DNA of 64,000 nucleotides from Vitrella brassicaformis CCMP3155. Taxonomy: Eukaryota > Protista > Chromerida. Below, piece by piece: positions 23,276-36,174 of this stretch (positions within the stretch are counted from its first letter, which is position 1; each line of letters starts with the position of its first letter). The position numbers were made by a program, and so were the translations under genes. The notes beneath the pieces were generated by a model that made no database searches, was not told the DNA's origin, and saw nothing but the letters and a program-made list of their open reading frames with translations. The stretch lies in NCBI GenBank assembly GCA_001179505.1, contig CDMY01000219.1:62001-126000 (forward strand). Reading direction: 5' to 3'.

Positions 23276-23879
23276 GGGATGGATGGGCCAAGACGGTCAG
23301 ATGAGTGAGGCGCTCGACAAGAGAGAGGCTGCACAGTGCGACAGAGCCGACAAAGGATTGTGTCCATTAAGCACGCTGCTCACAGATCTGTGTGCTGCTC
23401 ACCTCGTTCGATGCTCGGACGGACAGATCAGAGAAAGGTCAATGAGCTAAGACCACCAGCACCAGCAGCGGCAGCGGCAGATGAGGAGGCCGCCATCGCT
23501 CCTCAGCCACGCTGCACCGATGGGCGACAGACACAGAGAGAGAGAGGCACACAGACAGACAGACAGAAAGGCCAACGCATTCATTGAGGTGAGTGCATGA
23601 GCGTCACTCAGTCAGTGAGTCAGTGAATCAGTGAGTGTTGGGCCTCCCTCCCCTCTGTTTGTGTGTCAGCTCAATGGCCTGCCACCCCACAGCAGCAGTC
23701 GAGAGGACGACTGACTCAAGGGACTCTTTTCGCCCTCTTGTCAGCCGATTGCCTAACTCTCGCAACGCACAGCTGTCCGACAAGGCCACAAACGCCGCAC
23801 TTTGGCAAATCGCGGGGCTATAGGGTAACAAACCCTTTGACCCCTCGTCAAACCCTCCGGCTCTCCAGCTGCTGCCGGG

Positions 23880-24649
23880 ATGTTGTTCCGGAGTTATCTT
23901 CGGTTGGGTTCGCATCTGCGGCCTCGACCGCGAGACCACAATATGTTCATGCTGGGTACGGTACTCTCACAGAAACGCGCACGCACACCCCACCACACGT
24001 GGATAGAGGCAGACCACCACCGCCAGCAGGCAGCAGAGAGCAAGATCAGCATCAGGGCGCCGCTCTGAAATCGTTGTTCGCCTCTCTGTGTCTGTGTGTG
24101 TGTGTCAGAGGCGCCGCACACGTACAATGGTGCGCTGCCTCCGGTGCGTTCGCGTTGCATCGACACGACTGGGAAGCGGCTGCGTGGTACGGGTCTGCAC
24201 GGCCCCGAGAACACGGACGTCTTCAAGCTGGTGCTGTTCAACCTCCTCAAGCAGCGCCGGCCGCAGCTGCACATCGCCACGCTCGAGGAAATGCGTGACT
24301 TCTACAAGCTCGACGTCTCCTTCGTCTGGTGGTTCATGTCCTGTATGGTCAGTCATAGTCACTCACAGAGGGACGGCTGGTGTGGGGTGGTGGTCATCTT
24401 TGCGCTGTCTGTCTGTGGTGTCTGTGTCTGTGTTTTCAGTGGATTATGATCCCGATGTCGAGTTTTTCGCTCCTCTACATCACGCAGCACGACCACTACC
24501 CCTGGACAACCAAACGTCTAGGTACGCGTAGCTACGCTGCCTGGCGCGAGCCCTTGCTTCACCTCAGCCAAATGTGTCGTTATGTGTGTGTGTGTGTGTG
24601 TGCAGACGGTAGCAAGGGCCCAGGCCCCTTCTGGTGGTGCCTCATCTAG
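23880..24649 (+). CDS. About 146-aa single-TM protein with a mitochondrial-type presequence
   Basis: Four in-phase exons (23880-23955, 24109-24347, 24440-24521, 24606-24649). N-terminus MLFRSYLRLGSHLRPRPR, TM segment VSFVWWFMSCMWIMIPMSSFSLLYI, C-terminus HDHYPWTTKRLDGSKGPGPFWWCLI*. Confidence 0.7.
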
Positions 24650-25707
24650 CCTCTCGCTCTGTCGCGGACGACACCATGTGTGCCGCGGTGCACAGTGCTG
24701 GGAGAGGCGACCCTACCCACCACAGTGCGGTCCAACACACTGCTTGTCATGGCCATGGTGTGATGCTTGCTTTTGACGGACGGGCCAGGTGTCTTGTGTG
24801 AGGGGTGTGACATGGCGTGGTGTAGCGTGAAGTACGTTTGCCTACCGTTTTGTTTGTGTTGCGCGTGTGAAGTGATTTATGGCTTCCTCTGTGGCCTCGT
24901 CTGCCGAACCGATAGACTCACATCTGTCTGTCTATCAGTTCAGCGGACAAGGCTCTGCCGGCACAGCCATGAACACCTCGCCACGCGCACTCACACCAGC
25001 CTGCCATCAGGGAAGGCCTCGTTCGTGTCCGTTGTGTGACTTGATGCGATTGCTTTTGCCTCTTGTACTTCTCCTCTTTCGCGCGGCGGTCGATCACCAG
25101 AGATCCGATGTTGACTGCCCACGGCAAGACGGAGGGGTGGGAGACGGCAAAGGGCAATCGCAGACATGCACGGCAGCAGCGGAAACAGGCTCGTTTCAAC
25201 GTAGTGAGTGGGCGGGTGGATGGTCGGTGAATGCATCATTGTGTGCGAGGGTGCGTTCTGGAGTGGGTGTGTGTGTACACTAAGCAGGACTGTGTGCTCG
25301 GCTGGCTGAAGGACAAGTTTTTCTCTCAATGCGCTCACAGATGGACTCAACCATTGATTGACTGATGGGGCGATCTCAAAGCTCTCAGCTGCACTATCGC
25401 CACGACAGAAAAACGTTTGCACAACCAACCAGTGGCAGTATCGCTACGACAGAAAAAGTGTGGCAAGAGAGACAGACAGCCACCACATGCGTCGAGCTAT
25501 CTATCTCACCCTCTCCCTCCACCCCCCCCCCCTTCGAGCACGTCTGGCCCGATGTGCGGATGCGTCAGCACCTCGGATGTACCCGAAACAAACCACACAG
25601 TCTCTCACAACATGCCACCACGATCAAATTGAAAGAGCTGCATGAACCACACACACAACTCCCCCTTGAAGTTGCCTGGTCCGCCTCCACTGCCCTCCCT
25701 CTCCCTG

Positions 25708-27453
25708 TCAGTCGATGCCCAACGACACAAACACTTCAGTCCCCTTGTCGATTCGCCCCAGCTGCTGCCACGTAAATTGACAGTCCTGGTCGCCCAGGTG
25801 CTCGTTGAAGCCCTTGACCACCCCCTCCGGTGGTATCCCATGGCTGACCGCCTCGTCCAGCCGGGCCCGGTGCACCACCTCACGCACTCCCGTCAGCACC
25901 ACCTGCCCGCCACTGCCACGGACGGCGAAGCACTGCAGCGGCGGCACGGTCACTTTCACGCGCTTGTCGCCCTGCTGCTGGTGTCGCGTCCCGCCCACCA
26001 CCTCCCTGTTGCTGCTCGTCTGTGTGGCCGCCGACTTGACGAAGTGGGCGACGGCCGCACGCACCCGCCGCCTCAGCACCGACTCGCCGATGAGGTACTG
26101 GTCGATGGCGGCCACAGCAGCGGGGGGCTCGTGTAGGAACGCGCCGATCTTCCAGCCGATGGCCTCTGCCTCGTGTGGGCCGAATGCCATGTTGGATGGG
26201 GAGGGGTGGGGGTGGGCGCCGTCGTGGTGGGGGGCGAGGGGCAGCAGACGGGCGAGAAGCATCGAGTGGTCGCGCTGGGGGGCGAGGGCGCCGTTGATGG
26301 CCGACATGACGGCCTCGGACAGCTCACTCAGAACTGTGGCATACTCGGCCAGCACCAGCTGGCGACGACGGCGGTCCTCCTCAGTGGCTGTGGGCACGCG
26401 GGCGATGGATGGGGCCGCCCCGCCCCGTAGAAGCACACGGATGGTGGTCTTGTAGTTGCGGATCCGTCTTGAGCGCCCCTCTTCCAGCTGCTGCAGCTGC
26501 TGCTGCTCCTGATCGAGCTCCTCGGCAGCGACGGCGATGGGTGTCCGGTTGGGCTGGTTCAGCAGTCCCCTGCTGACATCGTCAGCCGTGAGCTGGCGGC
26601 ACAGCCAATCAGCCACACAGGGAGAGCCCCTGTATGCGGCCGCCACGTGCAGTGGCGTACTGCCGAAGTTATCTGTTGCCGTCATGTCGGCTCCGTGGCT
26701 GGTGATGAGGTTGAGGTACTGGTCGATGAATTGCTGGGAGAACGCAGCATAGCTCCTCGCTGCCTCATGCACCAGACTGTCTCCAAAGGACCGTTCGGCT
26801 GCGAGTGTGCTATCGCGTTGGATGAGGCGACGGTACACCGACATGAGGGCGTCCTCGTACTCACGAGTGGCGGGAGGGGCATAATCAGGGATGTAGGGAA
26901 GCCGCATCACCCTTAATCCCCGCACGTCGGCCTGCCGCGCCAGGAGGGTATCCACTGCCGTCAGATTGCCTGCCTCAATGGCCACCCTGATGGGCCTCTC
27001 CCGTCCGCCTCCGGCCGCATTGACGTCCGCCCCGCCGTCGACGAGTGCATTGATGATGTCACGCTGCAGCTCACGGGAGGACCACTGCGGCAGCAGCACG
27101 GGCACCCCTTGGTCAACACCGCTGTTTGCGTAGAGGAATGGGCGGTTTGTTGGGCGGTCGATAACGAAACACAGGCAGCTGTATCGCCAGTTAGGGTTTA
27201 TCCCTGAGATGCCGCGGACGCGCAGGCTGCCGATGGCTCCCGGGTCGGCCCCTTGACGGATGAGCCGTGTGACCTCGGCCTCCGTGAATGTGCGCCGAAC
27301 GCAGCCCTCCAACAGCTGCCGATCCACACGACTGACGCTCCTACCAGGGACGAAGTCACGGATGATCTCGACATCGTCCAGCCGCCTGCAGCCGAGCGGC
27401 AGCGGTGCAGCATGAGGTGCTTGGGATGCGGCGGACGACGAGTGGGCCATCAC
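25708..27453 (-). CDS. Intronless ankyrin-repeat protein of a lineage-expanded family
   Basis: 581-aa ORF with ankyrin motifs (IINALVDGGADVNA, RPIRVAIEAGNLTAVDTLLARQAD, GSTPLHVAAA, NRTPIAVAA). Confidence 0.85.
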   Translation of the reverse strand: MMAHSSSAASQAPHAAPLPLGCRRLDDVEIIRDFVPGRSVSRVDRQLLEGCVRRTFTEAEVTRLIRQGADPGAIGSLRVRGISGINPNWRYSCLCFVIDRPTNRPFLYANSGVDQGVPVLLPQWSSRELQRDIINALVDGGADVNAAGGGRERPIRVAIEAGNLTAVDTLLARQADVRGLRVMRLPYIPDYAPPATREYEDALMSVYRRLIQRDSTLAAERSFGDSLVHEAARSYAAFSQQFIDQYLNLITSHGADMTATDNFGSTPLHVAAAYRGSPCVADWLCRQLTADDVSRGLLNQPNRTPIAVAAEELDQEQQQLQQLEEGRSRRIRNYKTTIRVLLRGGAAPSIARVPTATEEDRRRRQLVLAEYATVLSELSEAVMSAINGALAPQRDHSMLLARLLPLAPHHDGAHPHPSPSNMAFGPHEAEAIGWKIGAFLHEPPAAVAAIDQYLIGESVLRRRVRAAVAHFVKSAATQTSSNREVVGGTRHQQQGDKRVKVTVPPLQCFAVRGSGGQVVLTGVREVVHRARLDEAVSHGIPPEGVVKGFNEHLGDQDCQFTWQQLGRIDKGTEVFVSLGID

Positions 27454-27945
27454 GCTGAGTCACACACACCTGCATACACACGGGAACGCACAGTCAATCA
27501 GCAGCATTCCCTCTCCCAACGCTGCTGGGCACCTGTGCCCTGGTCGGTCAGTCGACGGCCGCCACTCACTCAGTCGCACTCAGGGCCCTGCATGCATCAC
27601 AGAAAAGCACAGTCACCCTTGCCGCCCGCGAGTGGTCAGACTCTGTGCACGTCCATACCTCAGCCATGAAAAGGTGACTTGAGTCCAGAAGAGAGCCGAT
27701 GCCTCGTAGCAACGAAGCCTTCCCAAAGCTCTTCTCCTCTTCACCTCGGGCGCTGCGCTCCTGCTCCCGCCACCAATTGCGAGCTTGAAAGTGGGCAAGG
27801 CTGAGCAGAGGGGCTGTGTGTTCGTCATGGCGAGTGGTCAAGATCTGCCGCTCATGAGCCTCAGGAGGGGCTGCAGGAGGACATCGTGACGGTATCATGA
27901 ACATGCAGCAGATGCAGCAGCAGCAGGGGAGTCAACACAGGTCAG

Positions 27946-29137
27946 ATGAGTCAGATGAGGAAAGGAATTGTGTGTCATGACACCCAGTGCAGTGAGAATG
28001 TGTGCAGGTCGGTGACTCGAGCGTTGAAGAGGGGTGCGGATCTGACGGGTCGATGCCTGCGGACGACTGGCGGGGCGCTTTCTGTTGTCGGTCTTATTGT
28101 TATCTTTGCGGAGCTTGCAAGGCCCCTGGGCGCCTTCCACCACACCAACGTTGTCCAGAGTCAATGGCCCATCATCCGAAAGGCCCGCCAGACGTGGGCC
28201 ATTCGGGATGAGTCACTGACAGCCTTGCACTCTTCGCTCGTTTTATCTCGTGGCGACTTCTTCATTGACCGCCTTGGCCATTCTCTGTGGGTGCTGGGGG
28301 CCGGCAGGGCAACCCAGCCATCAGAGATTGTGCAGCTCGACCCGAAGGCCTACGACATCTGGACACTGAAGCCAGAGCTGCCGTATCGTGGTGTGGTGGG
28401 CAGCTCTCTGCTGATCCCTGCGCTGGAGGTGCGGGAGACGCTGAAGCAGGTTGACCGGTGGCTGACGGGCGAGGACCCCTGCGACGCGCTTGACGAGATA
28501 GAGGGTTTGATAGAGGCCTCGCCGATGAGCAACATGGCGGAGCTGAAGGAAAGCTTCAACGAGTACAGTGACAACATCTACTTCAAAGACCCGGTAGGCC
28601 CTGGCGCACAGACGCAGACACTCGTATCTCACATGGCGTATCTCACCTTTTCCGTTCCGGCTGTGTGTGTTCATTCAGGAGAGGTGGAATGTGTACCTCC
28701 AGGGTGCGGTGCCCACGACCTACCACACACAGCAGTACCTGCTCAAGAATGCTGTCCTCAGCGACCTAGCAACGCTAATAGACGAGATCGACCTCCTGCT
28801 GCGGCTCAAGCGCGTCCAGGAGGGAGAGGACCTCGCGTCAGTCACGCCGTCATCAGACATGCGGCAGGTGACAGTCGAGGGCCTCACTGTGGCGCTTGGC
28901 ACTAGCGGCGAGCAGAGGGCGGCCAGCAAGATCAAGGAGGCGGTCAAGAGCGACCTCACCTTCGATGAGGCATTCGATCGGGAGTTTCTGCGTGCGTGTG
29001 TTGAGAGGACCCTGGACAACCTGGGGGAGTACTTGCAGATGGCGAGATCTGACGACCTGGAAAGTGCTGAGAGATCGTTCAAGCGAAAAACACGGCCACA
29101 GGCAAGGCTGGCGGACAACAGCGAGAGGACACCCTGA
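27946..29137 (+). CDS. Hypothetical, probably plastid-targeted protein (2 exons)
   Basis: Exon 1 runs to 28593 and exon 2 spans 28679-29137 in phase (YFKDP|ERWNVYLQGAVPTT). A hydrophobic leader ends in LGA-FHHT, resembling a bipartite signal. The true start is uncertain. Confidence 0.7.
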
Positions 29138-32100
29138 TGTGTGCAGTGCTCGTGTCGGTCGGTGTGTTGTGGACGGTGTGACGGCCGTAAGGCCTTGGCT
29201 CGTATTTGTCGGTCGCTGTGACGTTTGTCGGTAGAGGTTGGCACCTCACACAGTGAATTCACTCAGTCAGTCAGTCGATCAGTCACGATGGCAGAGTCCA
29301 TGGCATGGATGGATGGATGTGTCTTGACACGATGGACGCGACGAATGAGATGGATGGATGGATGGATGCAGCAGCAGCCGGTTGGTCAGTGGCCGGCCAT
29401 GCCAGCGCATTCACACACGAACCCTGCACCACGCGTGCGTGCCACCAAGACAGTCACTCACTCACTCACTCAGCAACCAGTAAGGAGCTCTCTCACGCTA
29501 CACAACACACAACACACGACACACGACATCACGTGGCGTGGCGTGACACCACAGCACATCCCAGCACAGCACAGCGTACGTCATAGGCACGCAGCGCACC
29601 TCGGCAGCAATCAATGGTGCCCACGTTTTAAAAGATGCGGCGAGTGGCCAGGTTGGTCTCTCTGCCTGCCTGCCTGCCTGCCTTGCTGTCTGAGTGGATG
29701 GATGACTGGATGGCTGGATGGCTGTCGGTCGAAAACTGATCATCGCTTTGCTGCATTCGTCATGAGTGCAGCCAGCGAATGGAAAAACCTCAATACGCTG
29801 TCAGTAATGTGGTGTGCCAGTCGACACCTGTTGCGCAGCAGAGTCATCCTGGTGTCTCCAGGGCGAATCCGCAACGTGACAGCCCACGACTGACTGACAC
29901 GCACACGAGACAGCGCGATCCACTCTCTCTCGCTGCTGGAGAATGCTGGTAGCATCACAGCCTGCCTGTCTGCCAGCCAGCCAGCCAGTCAGTGTCAGTG
30001 GTCATGTTGGTACGTTAGATATCGACTAGGTAGAGAGAGTGGATCGGATCAGTCAGTGTCTTAGTCATTCATTCGGTCACCGTGGTCAGTCAGGTCTCCT
30101 CATCCAGTCGATCGAAACACAACGAAAAAAGAACCTACGATAGATGCCAGCAGAGCAGCCACCAGGCGGGGCGGGCAGAAACGATGGATGCTGCAGTGTC
30201 CCTCCGTCTGTCTGTCCGTCCTGGCTGCTTGGCTTGGTGCGACGGTCATCAAGTGCATGGTGGGAGTCGAGTCGGTCTCTAAAAAATGCTCTTTGGGTGC
30301 GGTGCGAATGTCTGTCTGTCTGTCTGTCTGTGTGTGCGAATGTATCAAGCGATGGAATAAAAGCCAACCAACCGCCCGTTGATTGCTGCTGCTGCGGTGT
30401 ATCCGATACTGTGCCGTGGTGCGTAGCCTTAAATCGAAACAAACAAACACGCAAAAGGCAGGCAGGCAGGCAGTCATGATTCAGACAGAGAGAGTGGATA
30501 GATATATATAGTTCTTGACATATACGTTTGGGGTCACAGAGAGATCACTAGCCAGCCATTTTGTGTGCACGTAGGTAGGCGCGGGTTCCCACCCGCCCTT
30601 TTGCTGCGCACACACTAAGCACACACACCACACCACACCACACGACACCACACGCACACGGCATTTCAACTATAGATAACATACCGCTTAGCATCCATCC
30701 GTCCATCCAGCCATGCATCATGCACCCTGTACCAGTCGCCACGGAACGATCACACGACCGACCGACCTTGAAAATCCACTCACTCACTCACAAGCAGCAG
30801 ACACACATGCACGGCCATCGTTCCATCTGGAGCAGCCACATGCACACCGACATGGAGCAAGGAGCAATACACACACACACACACACACGACACACAGCAA
30901 GGCAGCCAGTCGACCTTTCTCTCTCCCTCTCTCCGTCAGTCGGTGTCAGAAAAGGACGGCGAGCAGGCGAGGCCCCGGTTGGCCTGCCCGCCGTCCTTGT
31001 CCACGCCACACCATTTCGCGCCCACACAGATCGGCGCACCAATGGAGTGGCGTGTGGACACAGACACAGGCACCACACACATCGATCGACCGGCACGTCC
31101 AAAAATCCCTCTGCACGGGCACATACAGACGCACACGCGCGACTCGCACACCCAGCCACCGATCCGTGGTTGATCCGCATCGGCAAACAGCCTCACAGAT
31201 CCACTTGTCCGTTCCATGCGAGCAGCGAGTGGCGAGCGTGCGCGCGTGTGTGTGTGTGGTGTGATGTGACATACATGGCGGAACACGGTGTGAGGGATGT
31301 GTGTGTGTGTGTGTCTGTGTGTGTGTGTGGATGGATGGATGGATGATGATCAAAAGCGGTCCGTCCACTCGAAGACAGACGGACATATAGGCAGGCAGAC
31401 AGGCATTGACGCAAACGGGCCTCACCGGCCTCACCATGCCATGCCGAATTAGCAGATACGTACGGGGGGAGGATGTGCGTGAAAAGATGGAAATATGTTG
31501 GTTGACCAAACGGTGCATGGACAATGGACAAAGGACAATGGACAATGGACAAGAACCGCAGGCACACAGGCAGGCACACAGGCAGGCAGGCAGGCAGGCA
31601 AGACATGTATGCTATCGAGCGAGGGATCGTGCGGGCTCTCGCCTCCTCCCTCCCTCCCTCCCTGGCTCTCTCTGCCTCCCTCCCTCCCTCCTTCCCTCCC
31701 TCTCTTCAAGTGAGTTGAGTGAGTGAATGTTGAAAAAGACGGCCCCCCCTGCAAGTCACTTTGACTGTACAGCAGCAGCCTAGCCCTTCTCAACCAGGTC
31801 ACCCAGCCAGCCACCAGTAAGCCGCCAAGCACACAAGCACACAGGCAGAAAGAAAGGTAGTCAGACAAGACAGCCCAGCCAGGCACCCACCCACCCACGC
31901 CCCCCTCCTCGAAGGAGGCATCAAAACTCACCCCCCTTTCGACGCCAATTTTTCCCCGAGTAGATCTGTCTCCCCGACGTGATGCCATTGCACGGCACCC
32001 GCTTCTCACGCACACCCTCCCTCACACGCCCGCCCTCGCGAGCATGGCGCTCGGTCGTGTCAATGCAGACACAACACCACACACCACACCCACCCCCTCC

Positions 32101-32173
32101 ACCACCGTCGAACACCCCGCCGCCCCCACCTCCAGGCCCCCCATCAGCAGCCGCGTGTGTGTGTGTGTGATGG

Positions 32174-33032
32174 TCACTTGGAGGGGTCGAGGTCGGGGAT
32201 GTCGGCCCGGTATGACGCGTCGGCGGCGTACCAGTCGGTGTACTTATACATGCAGACTGTAGCGTTTCTGCCGGCGACCTTCTCCTCGAACTCGCAGAGC
32301 TGCTCCATGAATCCGATGTTGGGGCAGATGATCTTGCGTTTGGCCATGACATGGAGGAAGGCCTCCTGCAGGCAGAACTGCCGCTTGTAGATGAGGAAGG
32401 AGATGAGGATGGTGACGGACCGGCTGATGCCCGACTTGCAGTGGATCAGCACCGGCTCCTGACGCTCCAGGTAGCTGTCGACGAACTCCGACGCCTCCAG
32501 GAAGAACAAATGGATCGGCTCACGCGACACGTCCTCCACGTCAACACGGTAGTAGTCCACGTCAGGCACCAGCAACGAATCCTGACAGACAGACGGAGGG
32601 ACAGGGCAAGAATAGGTGGCATCGTCTCTTTGTTTGTTTGTGTGGGTCAGTATCCGGTTCAGACGCACCGGGAACTCTCCGTTGGTGCAGCAGTTGACGA
32701 TAGCCTTGATTCCCACGCTGGTCACGCCCTTGTGGTCTTCAGCGTCTTTGATGCCTCCCAAGTATAGCCCAGGAATGATCTGCACACACACACACACACA
32801 CACCCCAGTCCAGAAGGGCACACACACAGACCCATCCCATGAGCAGTGCCATCCTTTTCCCTGTGCAGCAAGTCGATTTGCTGACTGACTGACTGACCTC
32901 GTGCATCCAACTCGGGGCGCTCCTGTGTCTGACTCCAACAGCAGCAGCAGGTGGCTCCAGGGGAAGGCAGACCGAGTCGATGTGGGGGTCGAGGCATGCA
33001 AGCGGGTCACTCTCGAACGCCGACTGGACCAT
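32174..33032 (-). CDS. Dual-specificity protein phosphatase
   Basis: WMHE|IIPGLYLGG, V-D-V-E-D acid loop, active-site VLIHCKSGISRS and the CPNIGFMEQL motif; three exons. Confidence 0.93.
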
Positions 33033-33597
33033 CCGACACCCAGTCGACACGCAAAACGGACGGAAACGAGGCCACAGGCTGCGACCTGCCCTCCGGCGCC
33101 TCCTGCCTGACCGGTGAGAACCCCTCGGGTGGTGTCCCTCTGCGTCGGTGGAAGGTGTCCTGCTGGGTGGTGTCCGATACTTGGATATGGTGTCCGCCAC
33201 GGGGTTGGGCACTACCGACCCACCCGACCGCACACGTCGGAGAGCACCCGCCACGACGATCAACACCGAACCGACACACACGAGAACCTCTCAAAAGTAG
33301 TGTGAACCACCCTCTTTCTCCTCCTCGGGGCGAGCTTGACGGCCAGCTCGCAAGTCAACACCGACCGGGGTTTTTCCCGCTATTGGATGCACTGTTGGTG
33401 TCCTCACACTTGCCGTATGTCAGAAATCGCCGTCCGCAAGAGAATCTGAAGCAATTGATCTGAAGCACCGGTTGGAGCGAACACACACGCACACACAGGG
33501 AGACGATGAAGCAAATGCTGTGTGTGTTTCTCCCCCATTGCTTGTCTTCAGGTGTGTGTGGGGTGGTCGGTTCGTTGACCTGTTTGTTTGTTGAGGG

Positions 33598-36174
33598 ATG
33601 AGTGACGCCGCATTCCTGCAGAAGAAGAAGGAGGCCCAGCCTGCCGGGCATGAGAGGCTAGGCCTGCCTGCCTCACGGCAAGCTTTTCCCCCCTCTGGTA
33701 CTGGTACAGCTGCTGACATGACCCCTTCCCCTTCATCGCGGCTCAACACGCTGAGGGACACTATCACCACTTACGCCAACACCGTCGAGCGGTCGGAGAG
33801 GCGGCGGGCGTCCGTGTGGCGGCATCTGCATCTGGCCTATCGAGTGGTGGGGTTCTTCTGCTTCTTCTACTTGTTTCTCGTCGCCTTGAAGTTCCTGACG
33901 GTTTCGCTCCTGCTGCTGAGTGTGACCTTCATCGGGCCGATGATAGAAAGGTCGCTGGACCAGCCCTTCTTGCTCAGCATGTTTGTGGGAGTCATCGTGT
34001 CGACCTGCATGCTCAGCCACACCACGGCCAGCTCAATCCTGGTCAGCATGGTCGCCACGCAGCACAAGGCACTCAGCGTCAGGCACGCCATCCCCCTGCT
34101 GCTCGGGTGAGCTCTCGCTTAACCAGCAGCACGATCGATGACACTTATGTGGGTGTTCGGTTCTCTCGATGTGTCTGTGTGTCTGTGTGTTTGCAGAGCC
34201 AACATCGGCACAACGATCGGCCCGCTGCTGGTGTCGTTCACTCAGGTGTCGCAGGCAGCCGATTTCAAGAACGCCTTCCGGTCAGCGGCGCTCCACCACA
34301 TGGTCAACGCCCTCTCAGTGCTGCTCATCTTCCCCCTGGAATGGTCCTCCCACTTCCTCGAGCTGTCCGCCAAGGCCACGGCAATGGTCATATGGCGGCA
34401 CGGGCACTTCGTGTCGCCCATTGACGCGATAGTGTCGCCTTTGCAGCACATGCTCATCGAGCTGGACCATGAGAAGCTCCTCCAGGCGGAGGTGGGTGGG
34501 GCGGTGGAGGGGTCTCTGGTGAAGGGCGGCGTGCTGAAGGGGGAGGCGTCTGACAACGTGGCTGGGGCGCTGGTGCTGCTCATCGCTCTGCTGGGGCTGA
34601 TTGTGAGTGCGCTGGGGATGGTGGGCGTGCTGAGGGGCGTCCTGCCGCTGTGTGCCGACCGACTCGACAGGCAGTATCGGCTGTCTGGGACGACTGGTCG
34701 TGTGGGTGCGGTGGTGGTGGGGCTGGTGTGCACGGTGCTCTTCCACTCGTCGACGGTGGTGGTGTCGCTGATCGCTCTGCTGGTGGGGGTGGGGACGCTG
34801 TCATTCGTTGACTCTTTCCCGCTCATACTCGGGGCCAACCTCGGTAAGGAGAGCGAGCAGACAGACAGAGGAGCAACGAATGCGTAGCTGACGGTCTCGG
34901 TGTGTACGTCAGGGTCGACGTTCATTCCTCTGCTGGCCGCGTCGTTTTTGGGTCGGCAGACGTCGGTTGTGCTGGCCCTTCTTAACTTGTTCTTCAAGAC
35001 CATGATGATCTGTATATGGTCAGGGAGGGAGGGATGACGGCTGTTGTGTGTGTATCATCTGTTGTGTGTGTGTGTGGGCGTGTGTGTGTGTTGGTGTCGT
35101 CAGGTATGTGATAGTTCCACTGCGTAGCGTGCCGCTGCTTCTGGCCTACAAACTGGGCGGGGTTGTCATTATATGGAGGTGGTAAGCACAGGCATCAACA
35201 CATTCATCCATCCATCCATCCACTTCATGTCGTATGCAGGTTTGCCGTCCTGTACGTTCTCGTGGCGTTCATCGTCATCCCCCTCTCCCTCATCGCCATC
35301 ACCACTTGCCTCACTGCAGCCAACCCACTGCTCATCCTCCTGGGCGTCATCCTGCTGCTCCTCTTCATCGCCGCGAGCGTCGGCTCCGTCTGGTGGTGGA
35401 AGCGCTGCGGCGGGCGGGAGGCGAGCATGCGGTGGTTCCACTTCACTGACATGACGACGTTCGACGTGGATAGAGACGAGATCTGGGGAGCTCATGGCGG
35501 CCGGCCAAATATGTTTGCCTTCGGGTGAGCGGAGCGGGGCGGGGAGGTGGTCGGTTAGCCGGTTCTCATCTGTCTCAATGATTTGTGTGGGTTCTGTGCG
35601 TTCTGTGTGCTGGTGCAGCCAGTCTCCCCGCCCTTCAGCTGCCGCATCAGAGGTATCCAGCGAAGCGGACGTGACCGACCGCTCGAGAGACCAGCTGCAG
35701 GACCACCACCACCACCACCACCAGGACACACGCACACAACACGTCCTCTCCCCCTCCCTGTCGCTCTCCCTCTCATCGCCCCGCATCGTCACGCCAATGC
35801 TGGCACCCAGATACCTCAACTGTCACCACCAGTACTACAACGAACGACCCACCGCCAAAAGCACCACCACTCAGCCCAGCCACGCCCTCAGCATCACCGA
35901 CTCAGAGGGCAGGTTCGACACAAGGTGGTCAGCCGGCTTCGACAGCGGCAGCCTCTCGAGCTCCACAGCTGGCGACCTAGCGGTGGATGGCCAGCATGTG
36001 CAGGGCGGTGGCCAACATCGAGGCGTCCTGGGGGCCTGGGTGCAGGGGGGCACACACATGCATCAGCCGCCTCAGGCGCAAGAGAGCCAGAGGCCGGCGG
36101 GTGAGGGCAGGCGGACTGACGAGGGAGATGTAGACAGGGGGGGGAGAGGGGGGAGGGAGATGGGATGGGTGTGA
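33598..36174 (+). CDS. SLC34/NptA-like Na+/phosphate cotransporter homologue with divergent signature motifs
   Basis: Two repeats of the GANIGT/GANLGS motif, AF..A.LH..N, many TM helices. A phase-2 intron at about 35525-35618 adds a His/Ser-rich tail ending at 36174. Confidence 0.85.

Noticed and set aside
24918-25428. Possible minus-strand coding fragments (…AVSHPSVLPWAVNIGSLVIDRRAKEEKY…)
   Set aside because: I could not build an in-phase exon chain with a start and stop; may be UTR sequence.
19660-31720. Regular short repeats (GT, GACA, GATG, CCCT) that could mimic CRISPR or other arrays
   Set aside because: Simple microsatellites in introns and intergenic DNA; no constant repeat with unique spacers and no cas genes.
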